A stretch of 64,000 nucleotides of DNA from an uncultured delta proteobacterium. Lineage in GTDB: Bacteria > Desulfobacterota > Binatia > HRBIN30 > BPIQ01. The stretch is taken from positions 768,001 through 832,000 of the forward strand of contig CAVXGR010000018.1 of NCBI GenBank assembly GCA_963761335.1, read 5' to 3'. Of the stretch, positions 20,271 through 29,244 are shown piece by piece. Both the position numbers and the translations under genes were made by a program. A model generated the notes under the pieces. That model saw only the letters and a program-made list of their open reading frames with translations, ran no database searches and was not told the DNA's origin. Within the stretch, counting starts at the first letter, position 1; each line of letters opens with the position of its first letter.

Positions 20271-21055
20271 TGCCCGCTCGCCCGGGCGCGAAATCCGACA
20301 TCGAGCCGCGGCCGCCGCGATCCGGTCTGCACACGGCGGCGCGCGATGGGGTTGCCTGGTGGACGATCGATTGCCGCGGCGGCGGCGGCCGACTCTCGGC
20401 GGCGACGGCACAGGAGCTGGTGCGCGCCTGCGAAGAGACGTGTCTCGACGACCATGTCGCCGTCGTGGTCCTGTGTTCGGCGGGAAGCGACTTCTGTCTC
20501 GGCTTCGAAGAGGAGCGGGACGGCCAGGGTCTCGACTGCGTGGCGGCGGTGGCGGCGCTTCCGCAAGCCGTGGTGGCGGTGATTCGAGGCCGCGCGGTGG
20601 ATGAAGGTGCGGAGCTGGCGCTCGCCTGCGACATGCGACTGGCGGGGCGGGGCGCTTCGCTGGCGCTGACCCAGATCGGCAGAGGTCGCCTGCCCCGGCA
20701 CGGCGGCACACAGCGCCTGCCGCGGCTGGTCGGCGAAGGGCGGGCCCTGGATCTCCTGTGGAGCGGACGTCCGCTGCGCGCCGCCGAGGCGGAGCGCATC
20801 GGCCTGGTGAGTCGGATCGCCCCGGATGCGCAGCTGCGCGCCGCGGCGCTGGGTCTGGCGCGCGAGCTGCGCCGCAAGGGGCCGCTGGCGCTGCGGCTCG
20901 CCAAGGAAGCCGTGCGGCAGGCCGGCGATCTGACTCTCGATCAGGGAATGCGACTGGAGCACGACCTCTACGTGCTGTTGCAGACGACGGCGGATCGTGC
21001 TGAAGGAGTACGCGCCTTCTGCGCGCGGCGAACGCCGCGTTTCCGCGGCAGATGA
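20270..21055 (+). CDS. Enoyl-CoA hydratase-like protein with degenerate catalytic motifs
   Basis: ELALACDMR, GGTQRLPRLVG and DRAEGVRAF; start uncertain. Confidence 0.8.
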   Translation: MPARPGAKSDIEPRPPRSGLHTAARDGVAWWTIDCRGGGGRLSAATAQELVRACEETCLDDHVAVVVLCSAGSDFCLGFEEERDGQGLDCVAAVAALPQAVVAVIRGRAVDEGAELALACDMRLAGRGASLALTQIGRGRLPRHGGTQRLPRLVGEGRALDLLWSGRPLRAAEAERIGLVSRIAPDAQLRAAALGLARELRRKGPLALRLAKEAVRQAGDLTLDQGMRLEHDLYVLLQTTADRAEGVRAFCARRTPRFRGR

Positions 21056-21110
21056 GCGACGCGGCGAAGCGGTGAAGGAGAGAACGGCTCGGATGAAAGA
21101 GGCTCGATCG

Positions 21111-21230
21111 ATGGCGAATCAGCTCGGCAAGATCTACATCTGCGGCAAGTGCGGATCGCAGTTCATCGTCACCAAGGGAGGTGACGGCACCCTCACGTGT
21201 TGCGGCCAGCCGCTGGAGCAGAAGAAGTAG
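21111..21230 (+). CDS. Second desulforedoxin-like miniprotein, 39 aa
   Basis: MANQLGKIYICGKCG...LTCCGQPLEQKK; clear paralog of 17817-17960. Confidence 0.8.
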   Translation: MANQLGKIYICGKCGSQFIVTKGGDGTLTCCGQPLEQKK

Positions 21231-22395
21231 CGGCGGGAGGCGCCTCGGAATCGATCTGGCGCAGCGCCGCCAGGACGAACTCCACCTCGAGGTCGAGAGC
21301 GCGTCCGTCGAGGCGGTCGCGCGTGTCGCTTGCCGAGTAGAGGCCCGGCACGGCGACGGCGCCACCGCGGCTCGAGGCCAGGCAGATCGACGGGATACCG
21401 GCCGCCATGAAGCTCTGCGCGTCGCTGGTGATCGGCTGCGGGTCGGGGAATATGCCGCGACCCGTCACCCGGCGGTAGGCGCGGTCGAGAGTCCGCATCA
21501 ACACTCCCGAGGCGTCGTCGCGCCGCAGCCAGGAGCGGTCGCTGGTGAAGTAGCGCATGTCGATGCCGGCGCCGAAGATCTCGGCGTTGACGTAGTAGGT
21601 GGGATGCGGCTCGGCCTGCGGGCGCGTGTCGCGGACGTACTGCCAGGACCCTTGAAGGCCCACCTCCTCGCCGGAAAACAGCGCGATCTTGACGTCGGTG
21701 TGCGCCAGGTCGACGGTGCCGTCGCCGAGCGCCTCAGCGGCCTTCAGGAGGACGCCGACCGCGGCTCCGTCGTCGAGGGCGCCGGGGCTGGGTTGCGAGA
21801 CGAACATGCCGCCGGCCAGGGAGAGGAAGAGGCCGGCGTAGTAGAGCGCCAGCACCGCCGCGAAGAAGTCGACCGTCTCCAGGGTGGCCCCGTGCCGGTG
21901 ACGCCGCCAGCCGCTGAAGGCCGTAGCGACGGTGAGGATCAGCATCGGCGCCAGGAGAAACTGCAGAGGCGCCCGCCAGGACCGCGGCAGCAGGTCCGTC
22001 TCGGTGTCGTAATGGGCACCGAGGATGACCGTCTGCGTCGCCTCGCTCGCCGGGAGGGAGAGCACGATGTTCTGTTCCGGAACGGAGTGGACGGCGCTCA
22101 AGAGGGGCGTATGGAACTGGAGCTCCAGCAGGAGATACGCTGGCAGAAAGAGCCCGAGGAGCAGGGCCCAGCCGAAGCGCCGCCGCCAGATGGCCGCTGC
22201 CAGCCCGAGCCCGGCGACCAGCGCCACGATTCCGGCGATCGAGTGCAGGTAGGGGCGACAGGTGAACTGGTGCACGACGACGTCGGCGCCGGTGGCGCGG
22301 GCGGCGCGCTCGAGCCAGGTGCCCACCTGGTCGAGGGCCGCCGAGCCGTTCTCGCGCGGCATCAGGATGGCGTCGAAGATCTCGTTGAAGGTCAT
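21193..22395 (-). CDS. Membrane-embedded M28-family peptidase-like protein
   Basis: GAHYDT, GALDDGAAV, FSGEEVGLQGS and SDAQSF motifs with inserted TM hairpins. Confidence 0.8.
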   Translation of the reverse strand: MTFNEIFDAILMPRENGSAALDQVGTWLERAARATGADVVVHQFTCRPYLHSIAGIVALVAGLGLAAAIWRRRFGWALLLGLFLPAYLLLELQFHTPLLSAVHSVPEQNIVLSLPASEATQTVILGAHYDTETDLLPRSWRAPLQFLLAPMLILTVATAFSGWRRHRHGATLETVDFFAAVLALYYAGLFLSLAGGMFVSQPSPGALDDGAAVGVLLKAAEALGDGTVDLAHTDVKIALFSGEEVGLQGSWQYVRDTRPQAEPHPTYYVNAEIFGAGIDMRYFTSDRSWLRRDDASGVLMRTLDRAYRRVTGRGIFPDPQPITSDAQSFMAAGIPSICLASSRGGAVAVPGLYSASDTRDRLDGRALDLEVEFVLAALRQIDSEAPPAATSSAPAAGRNT

Positions 22396-22482
22396 GGTCT
22401 GCGGCGGCTTTACCAGAAGATCCCGAGGCTGGCGAATGGGGCGATTGCGCGGGCGCCGCTTTCGGTGTTTACGGCTGGGGAG

Positions 22483-23148
22483 ATGGAAGTGAACGCGGCA
22501 GCCGAAAGCCACCTACCGACGCGGCTCGCCGTCCTGCTCTCGGGCGGCGGCACGACGCTGCAGAACCTGCTCGACCGCATCGCCGGGAGGCGGCTGGCGG
22601 CGGCGGTGTCGGTGGTCATCGCCTCGCGGCGCGGCGCTGCCGGCGAGGAGCGGGCGCGCCGTGCCGGGGTGCCCGCCGCCGTTGTGCCGCGCGCCGAGTT
22701 CGCCGACGTCGACCGCTTCAACGACGCCCTGCACGCCGAGCTCGAGCGGCACGCCTTCGACCTCATCGTGCTCGCCGGCTTCCTCTCGCCCTTTCAGCTT
22801 CGCGGCCGCTACCGCGGCCGGGTGCTCAACATCCACCCGGCGCTGGTCCCCGCCTTTTCCGGCAAGGGCTACTACGGGCGCCGCGTTCACGAGGCGGTGC
22901 TGCGCTCGGGCGCCCGCGTCAGCGGCTGCACGGTGCACTTCGCCGACGACGAGTACGACCACGGCCCGATCATTCTCCAGGGCGTGGTGCCGGTCCTCGA
23001 CGACGACACCCCGGCCACCCTGGCCACGCGAGTGCACCTGCTGGAAAACGAGCTCTACCCGGAGGCCATCCGCCTCTTCGGAGAGGGCCGCCTGTTGCGG
23101 GACGGACAGCGGGTCAGAATCCTGCCGCAGCACCCGGCCCGCGGGTAG
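22483..23148 (+). CDS. purN: Phosphoribosylglycinamide formyltransferase
   Basis: AVLLSGGGTTLQ, NIHPALVP and GCTVHFADDEYDHGPII motifs. Confidence 0.93.
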   Translation: MEVNAAAESHLPTRLAVLLSGGGTTLQNLLDRIAGRRLAAAVSVVIASRRGAAGEERARRAGVPAAVVPRAEFADVDRFNDALHAELERHAFDLIVLAGFLSPFQLRGRYRGRVLNIHPALVPAFSGKGYYGRRVHEAVLRSGARVSGCTVHFADDEYDHGPIILQGVVPVLDDDTPATLATRVHLLENELYPEAIRLFGEGRLLRDGQRVRILPQHPARG

Positions 23149-23150
23149 AC

Positions 23151-23272
23151 GAGGCTGTCTCAAAACCCGGGCAAAACGATTCCGCCGGCCCGCCGGCCAA
23201 GGTAGAAGCGGCGTCTCGCCGCTTCGGAAAGCGCCGGGACGGCGCTTCTACTCCAGTTTTGAGACAAGCCTC
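23151..23272. mobile_element. MITE-like element with terminal inverted repeats enclosing a GTAG REP doublet
   Basis: gaggctgtctcaaaac ... gttttgagacaagcctc; internal gtagaagcggcgtctcgccgctt...aagcgccgggacggcgcttctac at 23202-23251. Confidence 0.6.
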
Positions 23273-23369
23273 AGCCCCCCGGGGATGAGAACCGGGAAGG
23301 ACGGGGGAAACCGAGCATGGCGGCGCCGGCTGCCCCCATTGCCAGGCAGCACTCCGATGCTGGCCCTCC

Positions 23370-24035
23370 TCAGCTTTGCGAGGAGGAAGATGCCGGTCGC
23401 GACTCGCCGCCCTGCGGAGAACCTTCCTGCTGCGCTTTGGCCTCGCTCGGCGCGGACGCCTTGGTGGGCCTCGGATGCGCCTTCTTCTTCGTCCCCGGGG
23501 CCAGGATCACGCCCATCAGCCGGCCTTCCATCTTGGGAGTGCCTTCGATCTGCGCGATGTCGCTCAGTGACTCGCACATTCCCAAGAGCTTCTGCCGTCC
23601 GAGGCTCTGATACTCCATCTCGCGCCCGCGAAAGCGCAGGGTGAACTTCACCCGGTCCCCCTGGCTGAGGAACTCTCGCGCCTTGTCCACCTGGCGCGCG
23701 ATGTCGCCGGTGTCGGTGCGGTAGCCGAGACGAAGCTCCTTGACGTTGGTGGTGCTCTGCTTCTTGCGGGCCTCCACCTCCTTCTTGTGCTCCTGGTACT
23801 TGAACTTGCCGTAGTCCAGGATGCGGCAGACGGGAGGCTGCGCGGTTGGCGCGACCTCGACCAGATCGAGATGTGCCTGCTCGGCGTGACGCAGGGCATC
23901 GTCCAAGTTCACAATGCCGACCTGATGGCCATTGGCATCGATCAGTCGGACCTGTGGAGCCCGGATGTGACGATTGATCTTGTGGGCGTCTGGGGGTGGG
24001 GGAACGAACCGTGGACCTCTACCGCGAAATGCCAA
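23370..24035 (-). CDS. infC: Translation initiation factor IF-3 (orphan copy, C-terminal extension)
   Basis: IRAPQVRLID, DLVEVAP, PPVCRILDYGKFKY and FRGRE motifs; AGAGGAGG RBS before an in-frame TTG. Confidence 0.93.
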   Translation of the reverse strand: MAFRGRGPRFVPPPPDAHKINRHIRAPQVRLIDANGHQVGIVNLDDALRHAEQAHLDLVEVAPTAQPPVCRILDYGKFKYQEHKKEVEARKKQSTTNVKELRLGYRTDTGDIARQVDKAREFLSQGDRVKFTLRFRGREMEYQSLGRQKLLGMCESLSDIAQIEGTPKMEGRLMGVILAPGTKKKAHPRPTKASAPSEAKAQQEGSPQGGESRPASSSSQS

Positions 24036-24229
24036 ATGGCCTCCTCTCTTCAGCAGCGCGCCACTCTGGCGCGCTCGACGCCCCAGAGAATACACCGGAG
24101 ACGGGCCCAGAGACAACAGGCCCGTTCCGCTTGTTTCGCCGTTGACGGCGCCGGCAGATTGCCGGCAGATTGCCGGTTGCCAGCGGTGACCGCTAACTGG
24201 TAACCGGGGGCGGAGAAGAGGAGTCAGAG

Positions 24230-24778
24230 ATGAAGCGGTGGTTTGCCCTTTCCGCCATCGGTCGCGACCGGCCGGGCATCGTTGCCGACCTGGCCGAGCT
24301 CGTCTACGACTGCGACTGCAACCTGGAAGATTCGTCGATGACCATTCTGGGAAGCGAGTTCGCCGTCCTCCTGCTGCTGAGCGGAGCCGGAGATGACATC
24401 GAGCAGCGCTTGTCCTCGGCCTCCAAGCGCCTCGAATGGGAGAAGCGGCTGACCGTGTTCATTCGCCCCCTGGAAGCGGAGCCGATCCCCTTTGCCGTCG
24501 GCCGGGAGGCCAGACCGTTCGAGCTGCAAGCCTCCGGAGTGGACAAGGCGGGTCTGGTGGCGCGCGTGGCGCGGTGCCTGGCGCAGCGAGGCGCCAACAT
24601 CACTCAGATGATCACCCAGTCCCGCCCGGAGGCGCAGACCGGGACGCCGCTATACAGCATGCGCATTCGCCTCGATGTCCCCAGCGATGTCGACGAGGCG
24701 GAGCTGCGCGCCGATCTGGAGGGCATCGCCGCCGACCTGCAGATCGAGGTGGCGCTCAATCCCGTCGAGGACGTGTAG
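24230..24778 (+). CDS. Double ACT-domain protein, GcvR-like
   Basis: GRDRPGIV, NLEDSSM and GVDKAGLV..ANI ACT motifs. Confidence 0.85.
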   Translation: MKRWFALSAIGRDRPGIVADLAELVYDCDCNLEDSSMTILGSEFAVLLLLSGAGDDIEQRLSSASKRLEWEKRLTVFIRPLEAEPIPFAVGREARPFELQASGVDKAGLVARVARCLAQRGANITQMITQSRPEAQTGTPLYSMRIRLDVPSDVDEAELRADLEGIAADLQIEVALNPVEDV

Positions 24779-24797
24779 AAGCGGCGTCTCGCCGCTT
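24775..24797 (+). repeat. GTAG-type REP, identical to the copy at 23202-23224
   Basis: gtagaagcggcgtctcgccgctt; its TAG is the stop codon of the ACT gene. Confidence 0.7.
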
Positions 24798-24840
24798 TGG
24801 GCGGCAGGGGAGGGGGGTGGAGACGCCTCCTCTCCTCTCC

Positions 24841-27165
24841 TCAGTCCTCATTGCGGAGGAATTCTCGTGCGGCGATCTCGTCGGTGGTGGTCGGCGGCGT
24901 ATAGGAGCTCGACACCTCGGCCGGCTCGGTGCCGCGGCGGAAGGCCTCGAGCACGGCGCCGTTGTCGCCGGGGAGGGCGCGTTCGCCGCTCTTGGGGTTG
25001 ATCTGGGTCAGAACGATTCCCTGCGGCACGGCGAAATCCTCGATGGGCTTGCCGTCGAGGGCGGCCTTCATGAAATCGGTCCAGATGGGGGCGGCGACGC
25101 GGCCGCCGGTCTCGCGTGGTCCGAGGCTCTCCTTCTCGTCGAAGCCGACCCACACGCCGGCGAGGAGCTGTGGCGTGTAGCCCATGAACCAGGCGTCGTT
25201 CAGGTCGTTGGTGGTGCCCGTCTTTCCCGCCGCCGGGCGGCGCAGGTCCTTGGCCCGCGTGCCGGTGCCGCGCTCGATGACGCTGCGCAACATGTCGGTG
25301 ACCTGGTATGCCGTCGTCGCGGGGATCACCTGCCGCCGCTGCGGCGTCGCGTCGAAGATGATGGTGCCCTGGCTGTCGACGATGCGGGTGATGAAGACCG
25401 GCTCGTTGCGAACCCCGCCGTTGGCGAGCACTCCGTATGCGGAGGCGAGCTCGAGGAGGTTCACCTCCGAGGAGCCCAGCGCCAGGGAGAGATTCGGCGC
25501 CAGCGGGCTCTGGAAGCCGATCTGGCGCAGATACTTGATCAGGTACGGGAGGCCGATGTTGTTGAGCAGCTTCACCGTGACCACATTGCGCGAGTAGGTG
25601 AGGGCGTCGCGCAGCGTCGTCGGGCCGTAGTAGCGGTCCTCGTAGTTGTGCGGTGTCCACCAGCCGCGGTTGTCGGGAAAGGTGACCGGCTCGTCGACGA
25701 TGATCGAGGCGGGCGTGTAGCGGCGGTCCAGCGCCGCGGCATAGATGAAGGGCTTGAAGGCCGATCCCGGCTGGCGCTCCGCCTGCACGGCGCGGTTGAA
25801 GCGACTGCGGTTGAAGTCGTAGCCGCCGATCATCGCCTTCACCCATCCCGTGCCCGGCTCCATCGCCAGCAGGGCTCCCTGAACGCGCGGCTCGGGGTCG
25901 AGATGAAGCTGATAGCTGCCGTCGGCGTTCAGCCTCCGCACCTCGGCGCGCACGACGTCGCCGGGCTGGAAGCTGGGAAGCGAGTGGCCGTCGTCCGCGA
26001 GCAGAGAGCCGTGACCACTGCCGATGCGCACCGCGACTTCGCCTCGTCGGCCGGCGACGACGACGGCCTCGACGCCGCTGCCGGAGCGCAGCGGCAGGTC
26101 GCCCAGCGCCTTGGCCTGCTTGGCCAGAAAGGCGTCGAGCTGGCGTCCGCGCAGATGGGTGATGGGCCTGCGGTCGCCCCCCTGGCGGGCGTCGAGCACC
26201 TCCAAGCCGTGGCGCAGCGCCTCCTGGCCGGCCTCGTTCATGGCGACGTTGGCAGCGGTGTAGACGCGCAGCCCGAGCTGATAGAGGGCGTCCGGGCCGT
26301 AGCGCTCCTCGAGCAAGCGGCGCACGTGCTCCACGTAATAGGGCGCCGCCACGTAGCTGCCCTTGCGCGGCGCCAGGGCGATCGGCGTCGCCAGGGCGGC
26401 ATCGTGCTCGGCCATGGTGATCATCTGCGCCTCGAGCATGCGGCGGAGAACGTATTGCTGGCGTGCCTTGGCGCGGCGCCAGTGCTTCAGCGGCGAGTAG
26501 CGGCTCGGCGCCTGCGGCAGTCCCCCCAGCAGGGCGGCCTCTGCCAGATTCAGATCCTCCACCGACTTGCCGAAGTACTCCTGGGCGGCGGCAGCAACGC
26601 CGTAGGCCCCGGAGCCGAGATAGATGTGGTTCAGATACAGTGACAGGATCTCGTCCTTGCTGAAATGCCGTTCCAGCCGCAGCGCCAGGACCATTTCCTT
26701 GATCTTGCGCTCGTAGCTGCGCTCCGGAGTAAGCAGCAGCGACTTGACCACCTGTTGCGTGATGGTGCTGCCGCCCTGGAGCTGGTCGCCGCTCATGTTG
26801 TTGACGAAGGCGCGGAAGATGCTGACCACGTCGACGCCGGGGTGGCGATAGAAGCTCTCATCCTCGGCGGCCACGAAAGCGTTGCGGACGACCACGGGAA
26901 TGCGCTCGATGGGCACGACGTAGCGCTTCTGCACGTAGAACTCCCCGATCAGCGTGCCGTCGTCGGCGAGCACCTGCGTGGCGGTCGGCAGATGCACGTC
27001 GTCCAGAGTATGCACCGAGGGCAGGGTGGCGGTGAGCTCGGAATAGACCAGAGCGCCGGCCGCCACCCCGGAGATGAGGACGAGCAGGGTGATGGTCAGC
27101 AGCGCCCGGCGGAGCAGACGGCTGACACGCGAGCGGCGCGGACGTTTCCGTCGGGCACGGGCCAT
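24841..27165 (-). CDS. mrcA: Penicillin-binding protein 1A
   Basis: N-terminal TM; transglycosylase AEDESFYRH, GGSTITQQ and RKIKE; transpeptidase SAFK, SRN and KTGT. Confidence 0.92.
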   Translation of the reverse strand: MARARRKRPRRSRVSRLLRRALLTITLLVLISGVAAGALVYSELTATLPSVHTLDDVHLPTATQVLADDGTLIGEFYVQKRYVVPIERIPVVVRNAFVAAEDESFYRHPGVDVVSIFRAFVNNMSGDQLQGGSTITQQVVKSLLLTPERSYERKIKEMVLALRLERHFSKDEILSLYLNHIYLGSGAYGVAAAAQEYFGKSVEDLNLAEAALLGGLPQAPSRYSPLKHWRRAKARQQYVLRRMLEAQMITMAEHDAALATPIALAPRKGSYVAAPYYVEHVRRLLEERYGPDALYQLGLRVYTAANVAMNEAGQEALRHGLEVLDARQGGDRRPITHLRGRQLDAFLAKQAKALGDLPLRSGSGVEAVVVAGRRGEVAVRIGSGHGSLLADDGHSLPSFQPGDVVRAEVRRLNADGSYQLHLDPEPRVQGALLAMEPGTGWVKAMIGGYDFNRSRFNRAVQAERQPGSAFKPFIYAAALDRRYTPASIIVDEPVTFPDNRGWWTPHNYEDRYYGPTTLRDALTYSRNVVTVKLLNNIGLPYLIKYLRQIGFQSPLAPNLSLALGSSEVNLLELASAYGVLANGGVRNEPVFITRIVDSQGTIIFDATPQRRQVIPATTAYQVTDMLRSVIERGTGTRAKDLRRPAAGKTGTTNDLNDAWFMGYTPQLLAGVWVGFDEKESLGPRETGGRVAAPIWTDFMKAALDGKPIEDFAVPQGIVLTQINPKSGERALPGDNGAVLEAFRRGTEPAEVSSSYTPPTTTDEIAAREFLRNED

Positions 27166-27285
27166 GCGAACTCCAGGACGATAACGGCGGCTGGCGAGGA
27201 GGTCAAGGAAGCGGGGAGGACGACTCGCTACTTGACGGGTCGGGCGGGCGGCGATATCGGGGACGGCGACGTCAGGGAGGACGCG

Positions 27286-28446
27286 ATGACCGATCACAAC
27301 CCCGTGGATCACACGGTGCTCGTCGTCGATGACGAGCCGGCGAGCCTGAGAGCCCTGCGCCGCACTCTGGCGCCGGAGTATCGGGTGCTCTGTGCCGCGG
27401 CCGGAGCCGAGGCGCTGGCTCTGTTGGCGAGCCGCCCGGTGTCGCTGCTGGTCACCGACCACCGCATGCCGGGGATGAGCGGCGTCGAGCTTCTGGCGCG
27501 CAGCGCCGAGCTTCATCCGGAGGTGGTTCGTATCGTGCTCACCGGACACGCCGAGGTCGATTCTCTGATCCAGGCGATCAACGCCGGCGAGGTGTTCTAC
27601 TACCTCACCAAGCCCTGGGAGCCGCGCGACCTGGCGCTGGCGGTGCGGCGCGGCATTGAGCGTCTCGATTCCGCGCGTGAACGCCAGCGGCTGCTGGGTG
27701 ATCTCCAGGTCGCCTGCGCCCGCGCGCGCCGGGAGGCGGAGTCCAAGTCTCGGATGCTGGCGACCGCGGCGCACGAGCTCGGGACTCCGGTGCATCTGGC
27801 CGGCAACGCCGTCGACCTGCTCGGCGGCATCCCGGCGGCGCGTGCCAGCCAATGGCTCGCCATGGCGGAGCGGGCCCTCTCCTGGCTGGAGCGCTCGCTG
27901 GCGCAGATGTCGGCCGCCGTGCGCAGCACCGACGGACTCGAGCTTCGCCTGCGGCCGCTGGAGGTGTGCGGCAGCCTCGCGGGTGTTCTCGAGGCGCTGC
28001 GCGCGGCGGCCGCGCACCGGCGCCTCGAGATGCGCTGGCGCGCCGAGGGCAGGGCGATGGTACACGGCGACCCGCGCTGGCTGCGCGAGCTGTGGATGGC
28101 GATTCTCAGCAATGCCGTTCGCTTCACCGCCGACGGGGGCGCCGTGGAGGTTGCGGTCGATGCCGTTGAGGGCGCCGTCGAGGTGGCGGTGCGCGACAGC
28201 GGCATCGGCATGACCGCGGAGCAGCTCGAGGCGGCCTTCGAGCCGTTCTCCACTGCCGCCGGCGATCTCCTGCTGCACACCTCCGGGCGGCTCGACTTCG
28301 GCGCCCGCGGCATGGGCCTCGGACTCGCCATGGCGCGGGCCATCGCCGAGCGGCATGGCGGCACCATCGTTCTCGAGTCGGCGCCGGGGGAGGGGTCCTG
28401 CTGTCGCGTGCGCCTGCCGGTGCTGGGCGCGGCGCCGCGTCGGTGA
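27286..28446 (+). CDS. Hybrid receiver-histidine kinase (cytoplasmic)
   Basis: LVVDDE, TDHRMP and KPW receiver motifs; HELGTP H-box; NAVRFT, DSGIG and GMGLGL. Confidence 0.9.
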   Translation: MTDHNPVDHTVLVVDDEPASLRALRRTLAPEYRVLCAAAGAEALALLASRPVSLLVTDHRMPGMSGVELLARSAELHPEVVRIVLTGHAEVDSLIQAINAGEVFYYLTKPWEPRDLALAVRRGIERLDSARERQRLLGDLQVACARARREAESKSRMLATAAHELGTPVHLAGNAVDLLGGIPAARASQWLAMAERALSWLERSLAQMSAAVRSTDGLELRLRPLEVCGSLAGVLEALRAAAAHRRLEMRWRAEGRAMVHGDPRWLRELWMAILSNAVRFTADGGAVEVAVDAVEGAVEVAVRDSGIGMTAEQLEAAFEPFSTAAGDLLLHTSGRLDFGARGMGLGLAMARAIAERHGGTIVLESAPGEGSCCRVRLPVLGAAPRR

Positions 28447-28500
28447 GCGCGCCGGCGCGGGCGGCGCCGGCTGGTGGCGGAGCAGCCGAATTGGTTTACA

Positions 28501-28812
28501 ATGTTCGGCGTGAATGCCGCCGCGCACCAGCAACGTGTCGAGCCGGCTCTCCGGTGCAGCCACTGCGGGCGCGCGGTGCGGGAGACGCGCCACACCCGCG
28601 AGGCCTGGTGCGTCGACTACTATCTTCTGCGCGGCGGCAACGCGGAGCCGGCGACCATCGTCAGCGAGAGGGAGGGGACGTCGTTCTCCTACATGAAGCT
28701 GATCAGCCACTTCGACGTGATCACCTGCCGCGACTGCTACGGCAGGCCGGAGATTCAGCGGCAGCGCCAGGAACGCTTTCGCCCGGAGCAATGGAACGAG
28801 GCGAGCGAATGA
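28501..28812 (+). CDS. Hypothetical small protein with two CxxC motifs
   Basis: CSHC and CRDC; ATGA overlap with the downstream gene. Confidence 0.65.
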   Translation: MFGVNAAAHQQRVEPALRCSHCGRAVRETRHTREAWCVDYYLLRGGNAEPATIVSEREGTSFSYMKLISHFDVITCRDCYGRPEIQRQRQERFRPEQWNEASE

Positions 28813-29069
28813 CCGCGGGTGGGCTGGAGTTCCCCTGCTTCTACACCTTCAAGGTCTTCGGGCGCAGCAGCTCGGCCTTCGCCGGCCGGGTCACCGAGAT
28901 CCTCGGCGCCACCCTCGGAGCGATCCCGCTGGACAGCGTCAAGGTCCGCGAGAGCGCTCACGGCCGCTACCTCAGCGTCTCCGTCTACGTGCGCGTCGAC
29001 TCCCGCCAGCAGCTCGAGCGCATCTACTCGGATCTGCGCCAGGAGGAAGAGGTGCTGCTTTACATCTGA
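28809..29069 (+). CDS. DUF493/YbeD-family protein
   Basis: LEFPCFYTFKVFG...SAHGRYLSVS...QLERIY. Confidence 0.85.
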   Translation: MTAGGLEFPCFYTFKVFGRSSSAFAGRVTEILGATLGAIPLDSVKVRESAHGRYLSVSVYVRVDSRQQLERIYSDLRQEEEVLLYI

Positions 29070-29080
29070 TGAGATGAGAG

Positions 29081-29185
29081 TGGCTCGGTATCTCGGTGGC
29101 TCAGTATCTCAGTGGCCCGGTCCGAGTCCTCACCGATCCGTCGAGCCACCGATCCACCGATCCACTGAGTCACCGAGCCACCGCT
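29081..29185. repeat. Octamer-periodic palindromic repeat
   Basis: tggctcgg tatctcgg tggctcag tatctcag ... caccgatc caccgatc cactgagt caccgagc. Confidence 0.7.
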
Positions 29186-29244
29186 GGCCGCTCCGCGGCG
29201 CGCTGTATCCAACCGCGCCGATTCGCTATAAGAACGCAGTTCGC

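Noticed and set aside
17817..21230. Miniproteins as superoxide reductase or RiPP precursors
   Set aside because: There is no SOR catalytic domain and no RiPP maturase (radical SAM, YcaO, LanM) nearby.
21181..22482. Apparent long N-terminal fusion to PurN
   Set aside because: It is antisense to the M28 gene; PurN motifs begin after 22483.
27166..28791. Apparent 540-aa N-terminal extension of PBP1A
   Set aside because: It is antisense to the hybrid kinase; the real start is the basic-plus-TM segment at 27165.
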